This document shows, piece after piece, positions 33,041 through 48,925 of a stretch of 64,000 nt of DNA (its first letter is position 1; each line of letters starts with the position of its first letter). The position numbers and the translations under genes were made by a program. The stretch is from an uncultured delta proteobacterium (GTDB lineage Bacteria > Desulfobacterota > Binatia > DP-6), in contig CAWFFN010000009.1 in NCBI GenBank assembly GCA_963815115.1, positions 1 to 64,000 of the forward strand, written 5' to 3'. The notes under the pieces are model-generated. The model saw only the letters and a list, made by a program, of their open reading frames with translations. It had not been told where the DNA came from and did not search any database.

Positions 33041-33901
33041 ATGCGTAGGGCTCTGGGTCGCGGACTGGAGACGCTCCTGCCGGGCGCGCCGGCGCCCGCC
33101 ACGACGGGCGTGACGACGGTCCCGACGGCCGAGATCGACGCCAATCCCGAGCAGCCCCGCCGGCGCTTTGATCCCGGCGCACTCGGGGCGCTCGCCGAGT
33201 CCATCCGGCGCCATGGTCTCCTCCAGCCTCTGATCGTTCGCCGTGCGGAGAACGGCTACGAGCTGATCGCCGGCGAGCGCCGGCTGCGCGCCGCACGGCA
33301 CGCGGGCCTCGAGGAGGTGCCGGTGGTGGTGCGCCAGGCGCCGCCGCCGGAGCGTCTCGAGCTGGCGCTGATCGAGAACCTGCAGCGCGAGGATCTGACC
33401 GCGCTCGAGGAAGCCGAGGCCTACCGCCAGCTGATCGAGGTGTACGGTCTCACCCAGGAGGACGTCGCCCAGCGCGTGGGAAAGAGCCGGCCGGCAGTCG
33501 CCAATGCCCTGCGCCTGCTGTCGCTACCGGACTCCGTGAAGGCGCAGCTGGAAGCCGGCGAGCTCACGGCCGGGCATGCCCGCGCCGTGCTCGCGGTCGA
33601 AGGCGAGGAGTCGCGGGTCGCCTTCGCCCGCGAGATCACCACCCAGAAGCTGCCCAAGAGCGAGGCGGAGCGGCTGGCGCGCGCGCGCCGGACTGCGACC
33701 GAGCAGCGTCCGGGGTCGCTGAAGCGGGACCCGCACTGGCGTGCGCTGGCCGACGAGTTGACGCGGGGGCTGCAAACACGCGTGCGGATCACCCGCCGCA
33801 GCAAGGGCGGGACGATCGAAATCGAGTTTTACTCGGACGCGGAGCTCGACCGCCTGCTGACTCACCTGCGTGCCGGGTTGACTGCGGAGCGCGCGTTTTG
33901 A
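33041..33901 (+). CDS. parB: Chromosome partitioning protein ParB/Spo0J
   Basis: ParA-activating LGRGL peptide, AGERRLRA, ENLQREDL, HTH KSRPAVAN, GHARA and C-terminal dimerisation domain. Confidence 0.96.
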   Translation: MRRALGRGLETLLPGAPAPATTGVTTVPTAEIDANPEQPRRRFDPGALGALAESIRRHGLLQPLIVRRAENGYELIAGERRLRAARHAGLEEVPVVVRQAPPPERLELALIENLQREDLTALEEAEAYRQLIEVYGLTQEDVAQRVGKSRPAVANALRLLSLPDSVKAQLEAGELTAGHARAVLAVEGEESRVAFAREITTQKLPKSEAERLARARRTATEQRPGSLKRDPHWRALADELTRGLQTRVRITRRSKGGTIEIEFYSDAELDRLLTHLRAGLTAERAF

Positions 33902-33993
33902 CACTCTCCGTTGCCCGGTGCTAGAAGCCACGCGGCCCGGGTGGTCGGGTCGCGCCCGGCGCGTGCCCCGGCTCGAACTTTTCGGAGTACTCC

Positions 33994-34533
33994 ATGGCAA
34001 TATTCGGGAAGGATCGAGAGCGAAACGATCGGGGAACGCTGCTGCCGCCGACGGTCGGGGCTCCGGGATCGGACCGTCCGATACCGGCCGAGCGCGAGAG
34101 GAGTCGAGGCATGCCCGACGAAGGGACCACGACCAACGCCTTCCTTGGAAAAGGGAGCCGCATCGTCGGCAAGCTCACCTTCGAAGGACCGGTGCGCATC
34201 GAGGGTCATGTCGAGGGTGAGATCTCGGCTCAGGACGCGTTGACGATCGGCGAGAGCGCCGTGGTGAACGCCCAGCTCGTCGGCAACTCGGTCGTGATCC
34301 AGGGCCGCGTGACGGGCGACGTGACGGCGCGCAAGCGCCTCGAGATCCGGGCACCCGGCAAGCTCTACGGCAACATCTCGTCCCCCAGCCTGGTCATCCA
34401 GGAGGGCGTGATCTTCGAGGGCCAGTGCAACATGGGAGCGGCCGACGCCCAGCGCGCGGAGAAGGATCGCAAGGTGACGCCCTTCCCCACGGAGGGAGCA
34501 CCGCTCAAGGTGCATTCCGAGGGAACCAAGTAG
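33994..34533 (+). CDS. Bactofilin (polymer-forming cytoskeletal protein)
   Basis: Beta-helix repeats FLGKGSRIVGKLTFEGPVRIEGHVEGEI...GVIFEGQC. Confidence 0.9.
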   Translation: MAIFGKDRERNDRGTLLPPTVGAPGSDRPIPAERERSRGMPDEGTTTNAFLGKGSRIVGKLTFEGPVRIEGHVEGEISAQDALTIGESAVVNAQLVGNSVVIQGRVTGDVTARKRLEIRAPGKLYGNISSPSLVIQEGVIFEGQCNMGAADAQRAEKDRKVTPFPTEGAPLKVHSEGTK

Positions 34534-34581
34534 GCACGGCGCTCGCCCGGCCCTCGCTTCACGCAGCCCATCGCGCTCCGC

Positions 34582-35007
34582 ATGCTCGAGCTGAACTACA
34601 GCCTCGCCGTCCAAGCCCTGCTCTTCGTGGGGCTCTGGATCGCCCTCAAGCGGCTCTGGTTCGACCCGGCGCTCCGATTGCTGAAAGAACGCGCCGTGCG
34701 CTCGCAGGGGCAGATCGCCGCGGCGCGGGAGCTCGAGGCTGAGGTCGAGCGGCTGCGGCAGGAGCGCAACCTCGTCTTGCAGCAGGCCAAAGCCGAGACG
34801 CAGCGCGAGGTCGCCGAGATGCTGCGGCGGGCGGAGGCGGAGCAGAAGCAGCTCATCGCGCAGGCCAGCGAGGACGCCCAGCGCACGCTCGCCGAGGTGC
34901 GCGGCCGGGTCGCCGAGGAGGTGGCCTCCGCCCGCAAGAGCCTCAGCGGAGAGGTCGGTACCATCGCCCGCGAGGTCGCACGCGTCGTGGTGGGACGGGC
35001 GGTCTGA
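34582..35007 (+). CDS. ATP synthase F0 subunit b'
   Basis: N-terminal TM plus coiled coil; first of two b-type genes. Confidence 0.85.
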   Translation: MLELNYSLAVQALLFVGLWIALKRLWFDPALRLLKERAVRSQGQIAAARELEAEVERLRQERNLVLQQAKAETQREVAEMLRRAEAEQKQLIAQASEDAQRTLAEVRGRVAEEVASARKSLSGEVGTIAREVARVVVGRAV

Positions 35008-35009
35008 GG

Positions 35010-35510
35010 GTGGAGCACGGCGCGCACCAGGCGGGGGTCGGCGACCTCCTTTTCCCGGCAATCAACTTCGCCATCTTCGCCTACGTGGCGGTGCGCTTTC
35101 TCGCGGGTCCGATCCGCGAATACTTCCGGGATCGCACCGAGCGGCTGCGCGCCGAGCTCCAGGCCGGTGCGCGCGCGCGGCAGGAAGCCGCGCGGCTGCG
35201 CGCCGAGATCGACCGCGAGATCGCCGAGCTGCCGGCGCAGCAGGCCCGCCTGAAGGCCGACCTTCTCGCGACGGCGGAGGGGGCACGTGCGGGCCTGCTG
35301 GCGCAGGGACGGGAGGCGGCGGAGCGCATCCGGGCCGACGCTCGCCTGGTCGGCGAGCAGGAGGTGCAGGCAGCGCGCCGCGCGGTACGCGCGGAGGTGG
35401 TGGAGGAGGCGATCCGCCAGGCGATTCCACTGGTGCGCGCAGCGCTGACTCCGGACGACCAGGCGCGCTTCGTGCGCGAGTTCGTCGAATCGGTGAGGCC
35501 CGCGCCGTGA
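35010..35510 (+). CDS. atpF: ATP synthase F0 subunit b
   Basis: INFAIF TM segment plus coiled coil. Confidence 0.85.
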   Translation: MEHGAHQAGVGDLLFPAINFAIFAYVAVRFLAGPIREYFRDRTERLRAELQAGARARQEAARLRAEIDREIAELPAQQARLKADLLATAEGARAGLLAQGREAAERIRADARLVGEQEVQAARRAVRAEVVEEAIRQAIPLVRAALTPDDQARFVREFVESVRPAP

Positions 35511-36049
35511 GTGGCAACCTGGCCAGACGATATGCGCGGGCGCTGCTGGAGCTGGCTCGCGAGGCCGGAACGCTCGACGCCAGCGGCCGAGAGCTCGCCG
35601 ACACGGCCGCGACGTTCGACGAGCCGCGGCTGCGAGCGGTGGTGTTGAACCCCGCCATCGCCGGCGGCGCGCGCCGCAAGATCGTCGGCGAGGTGGTGGC
35701 GGCGCTCGGCGTTTCCACGGACGTCGGCAACCTGGTGAAGCTCCTGGCCGATCGGGGGCGCCTCCGGCTGCTGGGCGAGGTGGCCCAGGCTTACGAGGGG
35801 CTCGTCGACCACGAGCTCGGACGGACGCGGGCGCGGATCCGCTCCGCAGCGCCTCTCGGTGCCGCGGAGAAGGCCGAGCTGAGCGGGCTGGCGAAGCGAC
35901 TGGTCCACACCAGCGAGGTGATCGTGGACACCGAGGTCGACCCGGAGCTGCTCGGGGGCGTCGTGCTGGACATCGGCGGGACGGTCTGGGACGGGAGTCT
36001 CCGCACACAGCTGCTCCGAATGAGCAGTCAGATGGCCGAGAGCGGCTAG
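35507..36049 (+). CDS. atpH: ATP synthase F1 subunit delta
   Basis: Motifs ARRYARAL and VDPELLGG..DGSLR. Confidence 0.93.
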   Translation: MSGNLARRYARALLELAREAGTLDASGRELADTAATFDEPRLRAVVLNPAIAGGARRKIVGEVVAALGVSTDVGNLVKLLADRGRLRLLGEVAQAYEGLVDHELGRTRARIRSAAPLGAAEKAELSGLAKRLVHTSEVIVDTEVDPELLGGVVLDIGGTVWDGSLRTQLLRMSSQMAESG

Positions 36050-36085
36050 CGAACGGCTAGCGCCGGGTCAGGGGGAAGAACGGTC

Positions 36086-39883
<3,798 letters not shown>

Positions 39884-39884
<1 letters not shown>

Positions 39885-40150
39885 TGGCGGATTCGCTGCG
39901 GCTGCGCGTCTACACGCCGGAGCAGGAGCTCTTCGACGGCGAGGTGCGCGAGGTGACCGCTCCCGGCGCCTACGGCGAGATCGGCATCCTGCCCGATCAC
40001 GCGGCGCTCGTGACCACGCTCGAGCCGGGCGTCCTGTCCTACAAGCAGGACGGACGGGTCGGCCGCTTCCAGATCGCGGGCGGCTTCGCCGAGGTGCGCG
40101 ACAACGTGGTCACGGTCCTGGCTGATTCGGGCGAGCCGGTCGCGGCCTGA
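39884..40150 (+). CDS. atpC: ATP synthase F1 subunit epsilon (N-terminal domain only, 88 aa)
   Basis: Motifs GEIGILPDHA and GGFAEV; stops before the C-terminal helices. Confidence 0.9.
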
Positions 40151-40158
40151 TCCCTGCC

Positions 40159-40905
40159 GTGGGTCGACTCGAGAGCAAGATCGCGCTGGTAACCGGTGGC
40201 GGCCGCGGGATCGGGCGCGGCATCGCCCTGGAGTTCGCGCGCGAGGGAGCGGACGTCGCTGTCAACTACCGCCGCGCTCGCGAGGCCGCCGAGACGACGG
40301 CGCGCGAGATCGAGGGGATGGGACGGCGCGCCGTCGTCGTCCAGGCCGACGTCGGCGACCCGGAAGCCGTCGAGCGCATGGTGGCGGAGGCGAAGACCGT
40401 CTTCGGCCGCATCGACGTCGCCGTGGCGAACTCCGGCGTGGCGAGCCGCGTGTCGGCCGTGCACGCCATGGACCCGGGCGAGTGGCGGCGCGTGCTGGGG
40501 ACCGATCTCGACGGCGCGTTCTACACGGCCCGCGCCGTGCTCCCGGCGCTCCTCGAGTCGCGCGGCGTGCTGCTGTTCATCTCCTCGGTGGGCGCGGACA
40601 TGGCGGCGGCGGGTGGGGCGCCGTACCACGTCGCGAAGGCGGGGGTGAACACGCTGATGCGGGTCATCGCGAAGGAGGTGGCGGGCGCCGGCGTGCGGGT
40701 CAACTGCATCGCGCCCGGTCTGGTGCGCTCCGACATGGGCGACCGACTGATCAAGTTCGTGGGCGAGGGCATCACGCAGACCATCCCGCTCGGGCGCGTC
40801 GGTGAGCCGAGCGACATCGGCAAGGCCGCGGTGTACCTCGCCTCGGACGATGCGGCCTGGGTGACCGGAAAGATACTGCGCGTCGACGGCGGCGCCTGCA
40901 TGTAG
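40159..40905 (+). CDS. Short-chain dehydrogenase/reductase (FabG-like)
   Basis: TGGGRGIG, YHVAK (YxxxK), VNCIAPG and VDGG. Confidence 0.92.
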   Translation: MGRLESKIALVTGGGRGIGRGIALEFAREGADVAVNYRRAREAAETTAREIEGMGRRAVVVQADVGDPEAVERMVAEAKTVFGRIDVAVANSGVASRVSAVHAMDPGEWRRVLGTDLDGAFYTARAVLPALLESRGVLLFISSVGADMAAAGGAPYHVAKAGVNTLMRVIAKEVAGAGVRVNCIAPGLVRSDMGDRLIKFVGEGITQTIPLGRVGEPSDIGKAAVYLASDDAAWVTGKILRVDGGACM

Positions 40906-40925
40906 AGGCGGCGAGGCCGCGCCGG

Positions 40926-43900
40926 TCAGAATTCCCACGTGATCGGAAATCGAGGGTCCGGTCGGTAGGAGCAGAAGTTGCCGGTGTGGATGGTCGTCTG
41001 GAGGAGCGGGCCGAGCGAGTCGCTGCGCTTCGTGACGGCCTCGATCGCTCGCTGAATGGCCCGCGTCACGCTCACCCGGGCCCGCTCCGCAGAAGAGCCG
41101 GCGCGGCGCGAACGGCCTCCCAGGCCGAGGGCCCGGCCGAGCTCGGCGGTCAGGAACTCCATCTCCGACCGTATCTTCGCGACACGTCCAAGATCGTTGA
41201 GATCCTGCACCTCCTGCAGCTCCCCCTCGAGCTCTCGCAGCTGACGACGGTACTCGCTGGCGGCGCGGCGATCGAGGTGCTCGCCGGCGTCCGTCGAGAC
41301 CGGCGGCTGGAGGCCTCCCCGCTGCGCCTCGGGCTGAGCTCCCGGGTCAGGAGGTCCCGCACTCGCGGCCGCGTCGCATGCGAGCAGCTCGGCCGCGTGA
41401 AATTCGGCTCCGGGATGGCGGAGGAGACGGGCGAGGTACCTGAGGCCCAGTGTGGCCTTGACCCGTACGACGTCCCGTCCTCGCGCGATCGTCCAGAGCT
41501 CGCCCTCTTCCCGGAAGACCGCCACATCGCTGGAGGGAGCGTCCGGAGCGGCGGGTTCCTCTACGGCGCTCGTACCCGTCAGCAGCTGGAGCCGCCGCGC
41601 CCATCCCGCGAGGACGCGCATGTCGAGCTGCTCCGCCAGATCGAGCACCTCGAGGAGGAGCGTCGCGAGACGATCGCGGTCCCCGGGCTGGTGCCTCGCG
41701 ATCAACATCATCGCGTACCCCAGCTTCGTCAGGGCAACGAGCGATCGGGCCCGCAGATCCGCGTTGGCCCGCAGCGCGCTCTGAAAGTGTGACTCGGCCT
41801 CCTCCCATCGTGCCATCGCGGTCGCGAGCATCCCCAGGGGCCGCGCAACGGAGCCGAGACACGCGAGACCGGTGCTGACGACGACGCAACGATCGGCGAA
41901 CGGCAGGAGCAGGTCGTAGAGCACGGCGGCCCGGGGCTTGTCGAACAGGAAGCAGCAGGTCTGCGCGAGATTGACCAGCGTCACGAGCCAGTGGGCGTCG
42001 CGCGGGATGTCGGCGAAGTCGCCGGTGGCGAGGTACTCGAACTCGCGCCGCGCTTCGGCTTCCCGGCCGGAGTCGCAATGGATGAGCGCCATGACGCTGC
42101 GCCACACGGAGCTCTCCGGATACTGCTCCACGAGTCGGGCGGCCTGCTCCTGGAACTGCTCCAGACCGCGGCCGCCACCGAGGGCGATCAGCTGAGCAGC
42201 GAACGCCTGCATGGCATCGGGGTCCTGCGCCCGGCGGCCGATCTCCAGCGCCTCCTCGGCGCGCCGCTCGGCGTCGTCGAATCGTCCCTCGAGGCCCGCA
42301 CGCATGGCCCTCCAGACGGCCGAGAACCATCGGAGCAGCGGAGACGCGGGCTCACCGGCTTCGCGCTGGAGCTCCTCGAACTCGCGGTCGGCGCGGCCCA
42401 CGTCGGCCGTTTCGAGAAGAGCCGTGAGGCGCCAGATCCGTGCACGGAGCGCGAGCTCGTGCTCGCCAGCATCGGCCGCGCGGCACACGATCTCGGATGC
42501 GGTGTCCAATCGCCCGGCGGCGTTGTCAGGCGTCCAGAGGGCGACGTGTCGGGCACTCAACGCGTGTGCAAGGAGCGCCGGATCGCGCAGTCGCCGGGCG
42601 ATCTCGACGGCTCGCTCGCTCGACGACGCACGCCTCGACGCCGAGCCCGACCAGTAGAGCTCCATGGCGAGGCGGCCGAGCAAGCGCGCCGTCATTGGCC
42701 CATCGTCCTCGCCGTTGGCGGCGAGTGCTTCCTCGAGAAGCCGGACGGCAGGCCAATCCACCGCGCCGCTCGTGATGCCGAGCCCGGCGAACCCCTGCGT
42801 CATGCCGAGAGCGGCGCGGCCGAGCATCGCGCCGTCGCGGCGCCGCCGCGCGAGAGCCGCAACACGCTCGAAGGTTTCGCGGGCGTCGTCACGCTCCCCC
42901 GAGCGTTGCCGGGAGTCGGCGAGTGCCAGCAAGAGGTCGCCTTGCCGCGCCTCGTCGGGTGGCCCGAGGGCCAGCGCCTGGAGCGCCCGTTCGTAGTGTG
43001 CGACGGCTTTCTCGTATGCGGCGGATACGAGGGCGCGCTCTCCCGCCTTGGCCTCGTACACGACGGCGCGTTGCACGTCTCCCCCGATCGCCGCGTGGAA
43101 GAAGTGGTGTGCCAGCTCTTCGAGGTGCGACTCGGGGCCTGCCGCGTATCGGGCCTCCAGGACGCTCGCGACCCGTCGATGTCCAACGAGCCGCGCGGTT
43201 GCACCTTGATCCTCGTAGAGCGTCTCTCGCACGAGCGCGTGGGAGAACGTGTAGCGGCCGATGGCGTCCGCTTCGCTTCGGATGATCCCTGCGTCCTGTG
43301 CCTCACCGAGCAGTCTGGAGCAGCCGTCCCATCTCCATTCCGGACGCCTGCGCGAGGATCGTGAGATCGAACTCACGCCCGAGCACCGCGGCCAGCGAGA
43401 GAAGGTGCCGCGTTCCGGCGTCGAGTGATGCCGTCCGGCGGCGAATCGCTTCGCGTACCTCGCCCGGGATCGGAAATCCGTCCAGCGGCGACGGGTCGGT
43501 GCGCTGGATCCGCCCCTCGGCCATCAGAAGGCGGACGAAGGCGTCGACGAAGAATGGGTTGCCGTCCGTGGCGTCGCAGACGGCACGTACCAGCACCGGG
43601 GCAGGCACGTAGCCAGTGCTCACACGGATGAAGCGCTCGACATCGGCCGTCTCCAGGCCCCGCAGCGGGATGCGCTTGCTGGCGCCCGCGATCTCGCCGA
43701 GAAGCCCCCTCGCTATCGGCCGGCTGCGCGCCTCGTTCTCTCGATAGGTGCCGACGACGAACACTCGAACGTCGCCGACCTGGCCGGTCAGAAATTGCAG
43801 CAAATGCAGCGTGGCCCGGTCGGCCTCGTGCAGGTCCTCGAAGACCAGCACGAGCGGCTGGACCTCGGCGGCACGTCGCAGGAACATCGAGACACCGTCG

Positions 43901-44283
43901 AACAGCCGAAAGCGCGCGAAGTCCGCATCGGCAGGAGCCGGCGCGGGAAGCGTTCCCAGCATGTCCCGGAGCTCTGGCACGATCTGGGCGAGGTACGGAG
44001 CTGCGGAGCCGAGCAAGGTCTCCAGCGTGGAACGGTCGTGACGACGAAGGAAGGATCGGATCGCCTGAACCCACGACCAATACGCCGGCGCCTCGTCTCC
44101 CTCCGCTCCCTGGCCCCACAAGACCAACGCTCCCCGTTCGGTGGCCCGCCGGCTGAGCTCGTGGGCCAGCCGCGTCTTTCCGATCCCGGCCTCGCCCACG
44201 ACCATGCACAGCCCGCCCCGGCCCTTGCTCGCGGTATCGAGAAGCGAGAGGAGCGTCGTCAGCTCGCTCTCGCGGGCAATCAT
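40926..44283 (-). CDS. STAND/MalT-like AAA ATPase with TPR-like region and C-terminal putative DNA-binding domain (frameshift near 43317)
   Basis: Walker A GEAGIGKT, Walker B FEDLH and GNPFF in one frame. YTFSHALVRETLY and helical repeats are in the next frame. Confidence 0.8.
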
Positions 44284-44773
44284 CGGGATCCCGCCCGCCT
44301 CGTTTCCTGGCGTCCGGTGACCTGTGGAGGGCGCTTCACGTGCGGTTCCCGCGGCAGGAGGACGTCGCAATCCATGGCGCGACCTTCCGGGATGAACGTC
44401 CGGCGTGCCGTCAGCTGTCCGGGGCCGCCCGGCCGAGGCGACCTCCGCGAACACGGCACGCACACCCGCGGGAGCTGATGACATCGACGTGCGACCCCTT
44501 CGGCAGTTGATTGAAGCGCGTTGTAGCTAGTACGGAGCCGCCAGGAGGAGGGATCGGACAAGCTGGCGGTGGACGACGGGCAGGGACGCGACCAGTCGCC
44601 GTCGAGGACGATGATTTCCCTGAAGATAATGCGTGCGGAGCGGCGCCCGCATCGTTTCGGAAGCGGGTGAACCGCGGGCGGATGGTAATGGACCTGATCC
44701 TGCGCTTCATGGGGCTCGTAATGACGCAGCCTGGCGAGGTCAGGGTCTGCGCGAGACGCGAGGAGGAGGTGAC

Positions 44774-45217
44774 ATGATCCAGCTACCGACCTGGATGCGA
44801 CGCGCGTTGCTGGCGACGGCCGTCATGAACGTCCTCGGCGCGGGCTCATTCCTACCCTCGGCGGGCGCCGTCCGGGCGCTCGCGGGGCTTCCGGACGGTG
44901 CTCATCCCCTCTACCTCGCAACGATCGCCATGTTCGTCCTGCTCTTCGGGCTCGGCTATCTCTGGTCCGGCGTGACCGGATACGCGGACCGCCTCTTCAT
45001 CGCCATCTCCGCGATCGGCAAGATATCGTTCTTCATCCTCCTCTCGGGCTTCTGGGCGGTCGGCCAGCTCTCGCCGCGTGCGCCGCTGCTGGGAAGCGCC
45101 GATCTGTTCTTCGGCGTGCTGTTCCTGATCTGGCTCTCCAGATCCGGGTCCGCCGTCGCGGCGGAGCTGCCGGCAGCGGGCGCCGGTCGTCGCCCCCTGG
45201 CGTCGGGCCGGCGGTGA
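44774..45217 (+). CDS. Hypothetical 4-TM membrane protein
   Basis: SD GGAGGTG and four hydrophobic segments. Confidence 0.7.
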   Translation: MIQLPTWMRRALLATAVMNVLGAGSFLPSAGAVRALAGLPDGAHPLYLATIAMFVLLFGLGYLWSGVTGYADRLFIAISAIGKISFFILLSGFWAVGQLSPRAPLLGSADLFFGVLFLIWLSRSGSAVAAELPAAGAGRRPLASGRR

Positions 45218-45245
45218 TCGGCGGCCGTGTGGGCCGTCGCGAGCT

Positions 45246-45668
45246 TCAGGCGCGCGACTTCAGCAGATCGCGAATCTGACTGAGGAGCTTCACCTCGTCC
45301 GAGGGCTCGGCGGCCGCTGCCGGCTCGGCTGCGACCTCCGGGGTGCGCAGAAGGTTGATCTGCCGCACCACGATGAAGATGGCGAAGGCCACGATGACGA
45401 AGTTGACGATGTTGTTGAGGAACATGCCGTAGTTCACGGTCGGTGCGCCGGCCGCCTTGGCAGCGGTGAGCGAGTCGTAATGCTGCCCGGTGAGACTCAC
45501 GAACAGGTTCGAAAAATCGACCTTCCCGATGAGCAGACCGAGAGGCGGCATGATCACGTCGTCCACGAGCGACGAGACGATCTTCCCGAACGCCGCACCG
45601 ATGATCACGCCGACCGCCAGGTCGAGCGCGTTGCCCTGGATCGCGAACTTCTTGAACTCGTTCCACAT
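45246..45668 (-). CDS. mscL: Large-conductance mechanosensitive channel
   Basis: Motifs [32 protein letters not shown] and LLSQIRDLL. Confidence 0.96.
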   Translation of the reverse strand: MWNEFKKFAIQGNALDLAVGVIIGAAFGKIVSSLVDDVIMPPLGLLIGKVDFSNLFVSLTGQHYDSLTAAKAAGAPTVNYGMFLNNIVNFVIVAFAIFIVVRQINLLRTPEVAAEPAAAAEPSDEVKLLSQIRDLLKSRA

Positions 45669-45859
45669 GCCCCCACCTCCGTTGGCGTCCGGCTCTTGCG
45701 ACGCCTCGAGCGAGTTCAGGTGAGTACCAGCATGCTGCATAGCAGACCCGGCCTCGACGTGCACCGGGGGTTCGGGAGCCGTGGGGAGCCTCTTTCACCG
45801 TACGAATTCGCACGTTAGGGTGCGCCGGCAGGACGCCCCGCAGGAGGAGGTTCCGGAGA

Positions 45860-47374
<1,515 letters not shown>

Positions 47375-47377
47375 CCG

Positions 47378-48085
47378 TCACCCGGCGTCGAGCTCGCTGG
47401 CGGCGTCGGGGTCGAGGAGGAAGAGCACCGGCGGCCCGGAGCGCGCGGCGATGGCCACCGGGAGCTGCGAGGACGCGTCCCGGATGGCCTCGCGCAGGAT
47501 CGAGGCCTTGCCGGCGCCGAACGCGCCGACCCAGATGCTGCGCGCGGCGGCCAGCACCGTCATCGTGAGGGTCACCCGGCGAGGCGGAGGCTTGGGCGAG
47601 TCGGTCACGCTGGCGACCCACAGGGTGCGCTCGCGGAGCAACGGATGGCCCGGAAAGAGCGAGCAGACGTGCCCGTCCGGTCCCATGCCGAGGAGCGCGA
47701 CGTCGAGCCGCGGCGGGTCGCCCAGGGTCGCGCGCAGCGTCTCGGCATAGGCCGTCGCGGCCGCATCGAGGTCGCCCCGATCGGCGTGCACCGGGTGTAC
47801 CCGTGCTGGCACGTGATCGAGCCACAGCCTGCGGGCCAGACCGCAGTTCGACTCGGGGTCGGTCTCCGGCACGGCTCGCTCGTCGCCGAAGAAGACGTGC
47901 ACAAGGTCCCAGGGCAGCGCGAGGCGCGCGAACGCCGGGAACATCGCCTCGGCCACCGAGCCGCCCGGCAGCGCGCACGCGAAGAGGCCGCGTTTCGCGA
48001 CCGCGTCGCGGGCGGCGGCGGCGAAGCGCTCGGCGGCGAGCTTCACCAGCGCGTCTCGGGCATCGACCACGATCTCCGGTCGCAT
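47378..48085 (-). CDS. pgl: 6-phosphogluconolactonase
   Basis: Motifs FFGDERAV..SN, LGMGPDGHVCSLFP and PKPPPRRVTLT. Confidence 0.93.
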   Translation of the reverse strand: MRPEIVVDARDALVKLAAERFAAAARDAVAKRGLFACALPGGSVAEAMFPAFARLALPWDLVHVFFGDERAVPETDPESNCGLARRLWLDHVPARVHPVHADRGDLDAAATAYAETLRATLGDPPRLDVALLGMGPDGHVCSLFPGHPLLRERTLWVASVTDSPKPPPRRVTLTMTVLAAARSIWVGAFGAGKASILREAIRDASSQLPVAIAARSGPPVLFLLDPDAASELDAG

Positions 48086-48178
48086 GCCCCACTCCTACGG
48101 CCGGCGCGGCGCCGCGACAAGGACCCTCCCCGGATCGGGTTTGCGAGGCCGGTACGCGGTGCTACGGTCCGGGCGACC

Positions 48179-48925
48179 ATGCGGGCGGGTCGTCCCACGA
48201 CGGCGGTTGCCGGGTCGCGGCCCGCGGCTCGTGCAGCGTGCGCCCTCGCCTCTCTCGTGCTCCTTCTCGCGGTGGAAGGTGCAAGGCGCCCCTGGGCGCG
48301 CGCGGGCGTCGGACCGCCGTCCGGACCGACGGCGCGCCCGGCCAAGGGGAAGCTCCTGGTCTCGGGACACGGTCTGGGCGATCCGAACTTCGCGGAGAGC
48401 GTGGTGCTGCTCCTGGCGGTGGCCGAGGACGGCGGTGCGATGGGCGTGATCGTCAACCATCCGACGCCGATCAAGCTCGGCGCCATCCTCCCCGAGAGCA
48501 AGTCGCTCGCCGATCGAGGCGACCGGGTCTGGCGCGGCGGACCCGTGCTGCCGACGTCGCTCCTCGTGCTGGTGCGGGCGAAGAGCCCGCCCGCCGGCGC
48601 CGAGACGGTCTTCGAGGACGTGCAGATGCTGACCAGCCGTGACGCCGTCCGGCGATCGCTGGCCGGACAGACGCCGCGCGCGCGAATGCGCGCCTACGCG
48701 GGACACGCGGGATGGGGACCGGGTCAGCTCGAGGCGGAGATCGCGCGCGGCGACTGGACCCTGATGCCGGGCGACGCGGCGATCGTCTTCTCCGACGCGC
48801 CCGAGACGGTGTGGCCGAAGCTCATCGAGCGCGCCGAGGGACAGTGGACACGCCTACCGGGGAATCACCACTCCGACTCGACGACGGCCGCCGGCTCGTC
48901 GCTCCGGGGACGCAGCTCGGGGTGA
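48179..48925 (+). CDS. YqgE/AlgH family protein with N-terminal hydrophobic extension
   Basis: Motifs DPNFAESVVLL, GGPV and GHAGWGPGQLEAEIARGDW. Confidence 0.82.
   Translation: MRAGRPTTAVAGSRPAARAACALASLVLLLAVEGARRPWARAGVGPPSGPTARPAKGKLLVSGHGLGDPNFAESVVLLLAVAEDGGAMGVIVNHPTPIKLGAILPESKSLADRGDRVWRGGPVLPTSLLVLVRAKSPPAGAETVFEDVQMLTSRDAVRRSLAGQTPRARMRAYAGHAGWGPGQLEAEIARGDWTLMPGDAAIVFSDAPETVWPKLIERAEGQWTRLPGNHHSDSTTAAGSSLRGRSSG

Noticed and set aside
44511-44777. 88-aa ORF (or 31-aa MVMDL... sub-ORF) overlapping the start of the membrane protein
   Set aside because: It has no recognisable motif or convincing start. It could be a small peptide, but the sequence alone does not support it.
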